Source: Lama guanicoe (Eukaryota). Taken from it: a DNA stretch of 64,000 bases. A program made the position numbers and the translations under genes. The stretch covers positions 11,104,286-11,168,285 of the forward strand of contig MU056303.1 in assembly GCA_013239625.1 (NCBI GenBank), given 5' to 3'. Below the pieces are notes generated by a model. The model saw only the letters and a list, made by a program, of their open reading frames with translations. It searched no databases and had not been told where the DNA came from. This document shows positions 60,654-64,000 of the stretch, piece by piece (positions within the stretch are counted from its first letter, which is position 1; every line of letters starts with the position of its first letter).

Positions 60654-61644
60654 AACCGAGCCAGCCGTTGTAACTACGTGCACACACGCACATTTCTGTG
60701 TATGTGCGTATATAACGCAATAGCCTTCCTGGAAACACCGCTGAGAGATATTAACTTCCACCTTGTTGGCTACAGCTAGTTCACATGTCTGTGACAGGTG
60801 GGTGAAAAGAAACATATCAGGGAATCAATAAAGGAGGGAGATGCAAGAGAGAACACGGACAAGATCAAATGTTAGAAATCAGGAAAAACAAACAAACAAA
60901 ACTAGCAGGTTGGAGAAAGAGGATGGAGCCCCAGACGAGAGGTGTAGGCAACCAGGAGCAAGCATGGACTGTGGCATTGTGGGACAGCCGTTCTGGAGAC
61001 TCCAGCCCAGGACCAGGACTCGCCTTAGGATGGGGCCGGATTCCTGTTCCCGCGTAGACGGGATTAGCCATCTGTGGCCAGGATGCAGTTGCCAGTACCA
61101 AATTGAGCTACTTCATGAATGGTCCTGTAGCTTACCCCTCACCTGGGCCTCCAGGTGGATGCCGCACCTGCTGGGTGGGAGCACACCAGCAGCACCGAGG
61201 TCTCCATGGGTTTAATCTCTTGAATTGCCACTTCTGATGAAATGGTGCCAGACAGGAAGAGGCAGTGACATCCACTCACAGCACAGATTCCTTCCCCTCG
61301 GTGCTCCAGGCTGAGACGAGTGAGGCATTATGCCTTGACAGGTTTCTTTCTCAAAATATCCTACGATGTCTCTGTGGTGCAAATACAGCCTCCTCTTCTG
61401 GAGCCATGGCGGCTGCTGCTGGTGACTGCCGAGATGTCTGGGTGGGAACAGAATGAGAGCACAGCAAGGAGGTGACTCAGCCTAGAGGCTAGTCACCGAG
61501 GCCGCCCCAGGAGCTGAGACCCCCTGGCCTTCCAGGACATCACCTCTCTTTGGTCTGCAGGTTCAGAACCTCAACCACCCAGAGGAAGGCTGTCATCTCA
61601 GGTCTAAACATGCACCCTTCAGCTCATCCACGAACTCCTTGAAA

Positions 61645-61648
61645 GACA

Positions 61649-61680
<32 letters not shown>
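61645..61680. repeat. (CA)n microsatellite
   Basis: Directly visible. Confidence 0.95.
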
Positions 61681-61682
<2 letters not shown>

Positions 61683-62799
61683 GGTGGGAAGATTCTGGTC
61701 AGCACGCTGGTACCTCACAAGGACTTCAAGTCTGACGAAATGCGAACCTGCCCTGGACTCCATCCGGCCTTGCTAGCACAAGAGCCGCATCCCGTGGATA
61801 AGTGGGCCCTGTGATACGAGGTTCAAAGGCAGCCTATGGTCTTTTTGCAAATGCTTATGCCTGTTGTTTGTATGAGCGAAAGGGGTGCCAGGGAGCGGAC
61901 TGGACCAGGAACCCGGAGCAGCTCGGTCCCCCTGTGAGAAACCCTGTGCCGGTTACTTCTCTTTTCTGGGTTGATTGTGACTCTTCCTTCAAGCTCTAGG
62001 ACCCTGCCTTCCTTTCCCCGCAGGATTTCTGCCCCTCATTATCCTTGGGGTTATGCCCAACAGAAGTTGGGGGTGGAGGGATGTGCAGTAAGCGAAGACG
62101 GGCTAAGAGGCTGGACAGGCAGTGTCAACTCAGGAATGTTCCCGGGGGTACGTACGCAGAAGTTTCCTAAAGGAGGTGATGGGCATCACCGGGACACTCG
62201 GGACTCGGCCCCGAAGCTGTCACCTCTAGGGGGTCCCTCTATAGACAGTGGGCCCCAGCTCTTAAACTGATGCCCGACTTCGAGCTTCAGGATTTAGGGA
62301 AGTGGGAGGTGCTGGGGCAGGCCGTGAGCATCGGGGGAGGAGCACCAGCCCCGGGTGTGAAAGGGCATCTGACACGGAGCGCCACCAGCTGGGGCAGTGC
62401 GTCCGGGTGTTCCTACAAACCTGCGGGGCTGAGACGGGAGTCAGGGGTCTCAAAGTCAAGTGCCCACAGGGTCAAGGCAAGTTAACAAAACCAAGACAAG
62501 CAGGCCAGGTTTAAGGAAAAAAAAAAAAACCTGTAAGAGCACTCCCTTTGGAAAATAAGCAGAAACATGGTTCTCCCTGTCCTGAGAAATATGTTCTTTC
62601 CCTTTATTGAAATATGAGGTCTCCAGGTCTATATTTATTTTCCCACTTTTAATAGATTTCGTAGCATAGGGATATGTTTCTCTCCCACAAGAAAAACAGG
62701 AGCATACGTGTGATTTTAAAAAATGGCAAATCATACTGGGCCTCCATCCAGAAGTGATGAGGACTGTGGAAAACTGCAGCGTGTGCCCCACCCAGACCT

Positions 62800-62975
62800 G
62801 TTTAAAGGGAGCTGACAGCTACTTCCCTGTGCCCCCAAAATTGCTATCAGGTTGAAAGTCAGCTCAGTTCTGTCAGAACTTCTGATTTTTTTTGAAGGAA
62901 GTCAAAATCTGGATTTTGTTTTATGACATCTCCAAACAGTTAAATGTTGGCTGAAATACAAATATACATACATAC

Positions 62976-63033
<58 letters not shown>

Positions 63034-63110
63034 GATATGAAATCCAAACAGTAGAGATCAGGAGGCTGTCAGTCTGGGACTTCTGTTGCTGATGGAAGCA
63101 GTGGCATGAT
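62800..63110. mobile_element. MER103-like hAT element
   Basis: CTTCTGATTTTTTTGAAGGAAGTCAAAATCTGGATTTT..TTAAATGTTGGC. Confidence 0.6.
62962..63035. repeat. Compound (TACA)(TA)n(TG)n(TA)n microsatellite
   Basis: Directly visible. Confidence 0.95.
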
Positions 63111-63679
63111 TTTTGAGAACTTGGGATGGCCAAGGTGGTGCCTGACACTGATGACCAACTGTCCCTGAAATAATAAATTACATAAAATGCCTAGAGCCTA
63201 TAGCATCCCTCACTGAATGTGTTCCACATCACTAGGCAATCTAGACAGGTGCCTGGAGTCCACGAGAATTCCCCAAGTGTGGGTAAGGTTGGGTGAGAGA
63301 GGTAAGACATTTTGACATGAAGCTAAACTTCTCTATTTTCCAATATACTCTGTGTGCTATTCCCCCTAGGAATCAATGCTCATGAATACATTAAGTCAGA
63401 CAGAATGTGATATTTGCCAGAATACAAAAAAAAAAAAAAACAATTGGCTCCAACCAGAACATAAATTGCAACATAAAAAAACTTTTGTAATTTAATTTTC
63501 CGGTGAATATAAAGAGGATCTACGTGACTGTAGCTTCAATGCACTACTAAGCGGATGCAAATGAGGTGGGAGCACATTCATCCTCAGGAGGTGGGTGGGT
63601 GGGAGACAGCTCGCTGGCTGGAAGAAAGGACACCCTTTCCGTTCTGTGCCTGTGGCAAAGCCATGAAGGCAAAGCAAGC

Positions 63680-64000
63680 TAAGCGCCTTGGCTATTAATT
63701 ACTGATTTAACATTAAAATGCAGATTCCCCATAGCTGAGAGCCAGCTTGATTAATTTAATAGTGAGAGACTGCGTGTGTGTCTGTGTACACTTGTGCACT
63801 GTGATTTGTGAAGGTATCCATCCCCCTTTGCAGGTAGCTGAGCAAACCATCCTCTGTTGGCTCAGCCTGTGTCCACACGGGCAACCAGCTTGCTCATTTG
63901 TATTAAAGACTCATTAGACCAGTCAAACATTTTGGGGTTTTTTTTTCCCCCTGAGCAATTGGACTGAGCAGATAAATCAAATCTGTATTTTGACTGAATG
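63680..64000. promoter_or_regulatory. Candidate homeodomain-rich enhancer, may extend beyond the window
   Basis: ATTAATTA 63694, TGATTTAA 63703, TGATTAAT 63748 and further TAAT/ATTA cores in unique sequence. Confidence 0.35.

Noticed and set aside
1-64000. miRNA, snoRNA, rRNA genes and processed pseudogenes
   Set aside because: None recognised by eye. An Infernal/Rfam scan and BLASTx would be needed to exclude them.

Overview
Mammalian genomic DNA, most likely a camelid (camel, llama or alpaca): a tRNA-Ala-derived Vic-1-type SINE lies at 55852-55998, alongside several young cetartiodactyl-type L1 3' ends. I recognise no host protein-coding exon, functional RNA gene, or prokaryote-type system. 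The ORFs with recognisable similarity are all decayed retroelement pieces: ERVL RNaseH/integrase/dUTPase, CR1/L3 reverse transcriptase, and L1 ORF1/ORF2. The window looks like intergenic or deep-intronic sequence with many old repeats (MIR, L2, L3, MaLR, ERVL, hAT, L1M), younger lineage-specific L1, SINE and ERV1 solo-LTR insertions, and seven N-runs, all in or at the edge of L1 elements. Between the repeats are three gene-less CpG-rich islands (~18.9-20.0, 26.1-26.8, 48.8-49.5 kb) and several homeodomain/bHLH-motif-dense unique segments, which suggests the cis-regulatory landscape of a developmental gene outside the window (inference). The best leads are a 6 x 22-bp GC-box minisatellite abutting a CTCF-like motif, a dense OTX/CRX/PITX-type site cluster in the third island, a twin-primed L1 with TSDs, and a palindromic AT-rich expansion inside a hAT element. 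Repeat family names are from recall of consensus sequences, not a database search. Boundaries are approximate unless TSDs or termini are given.
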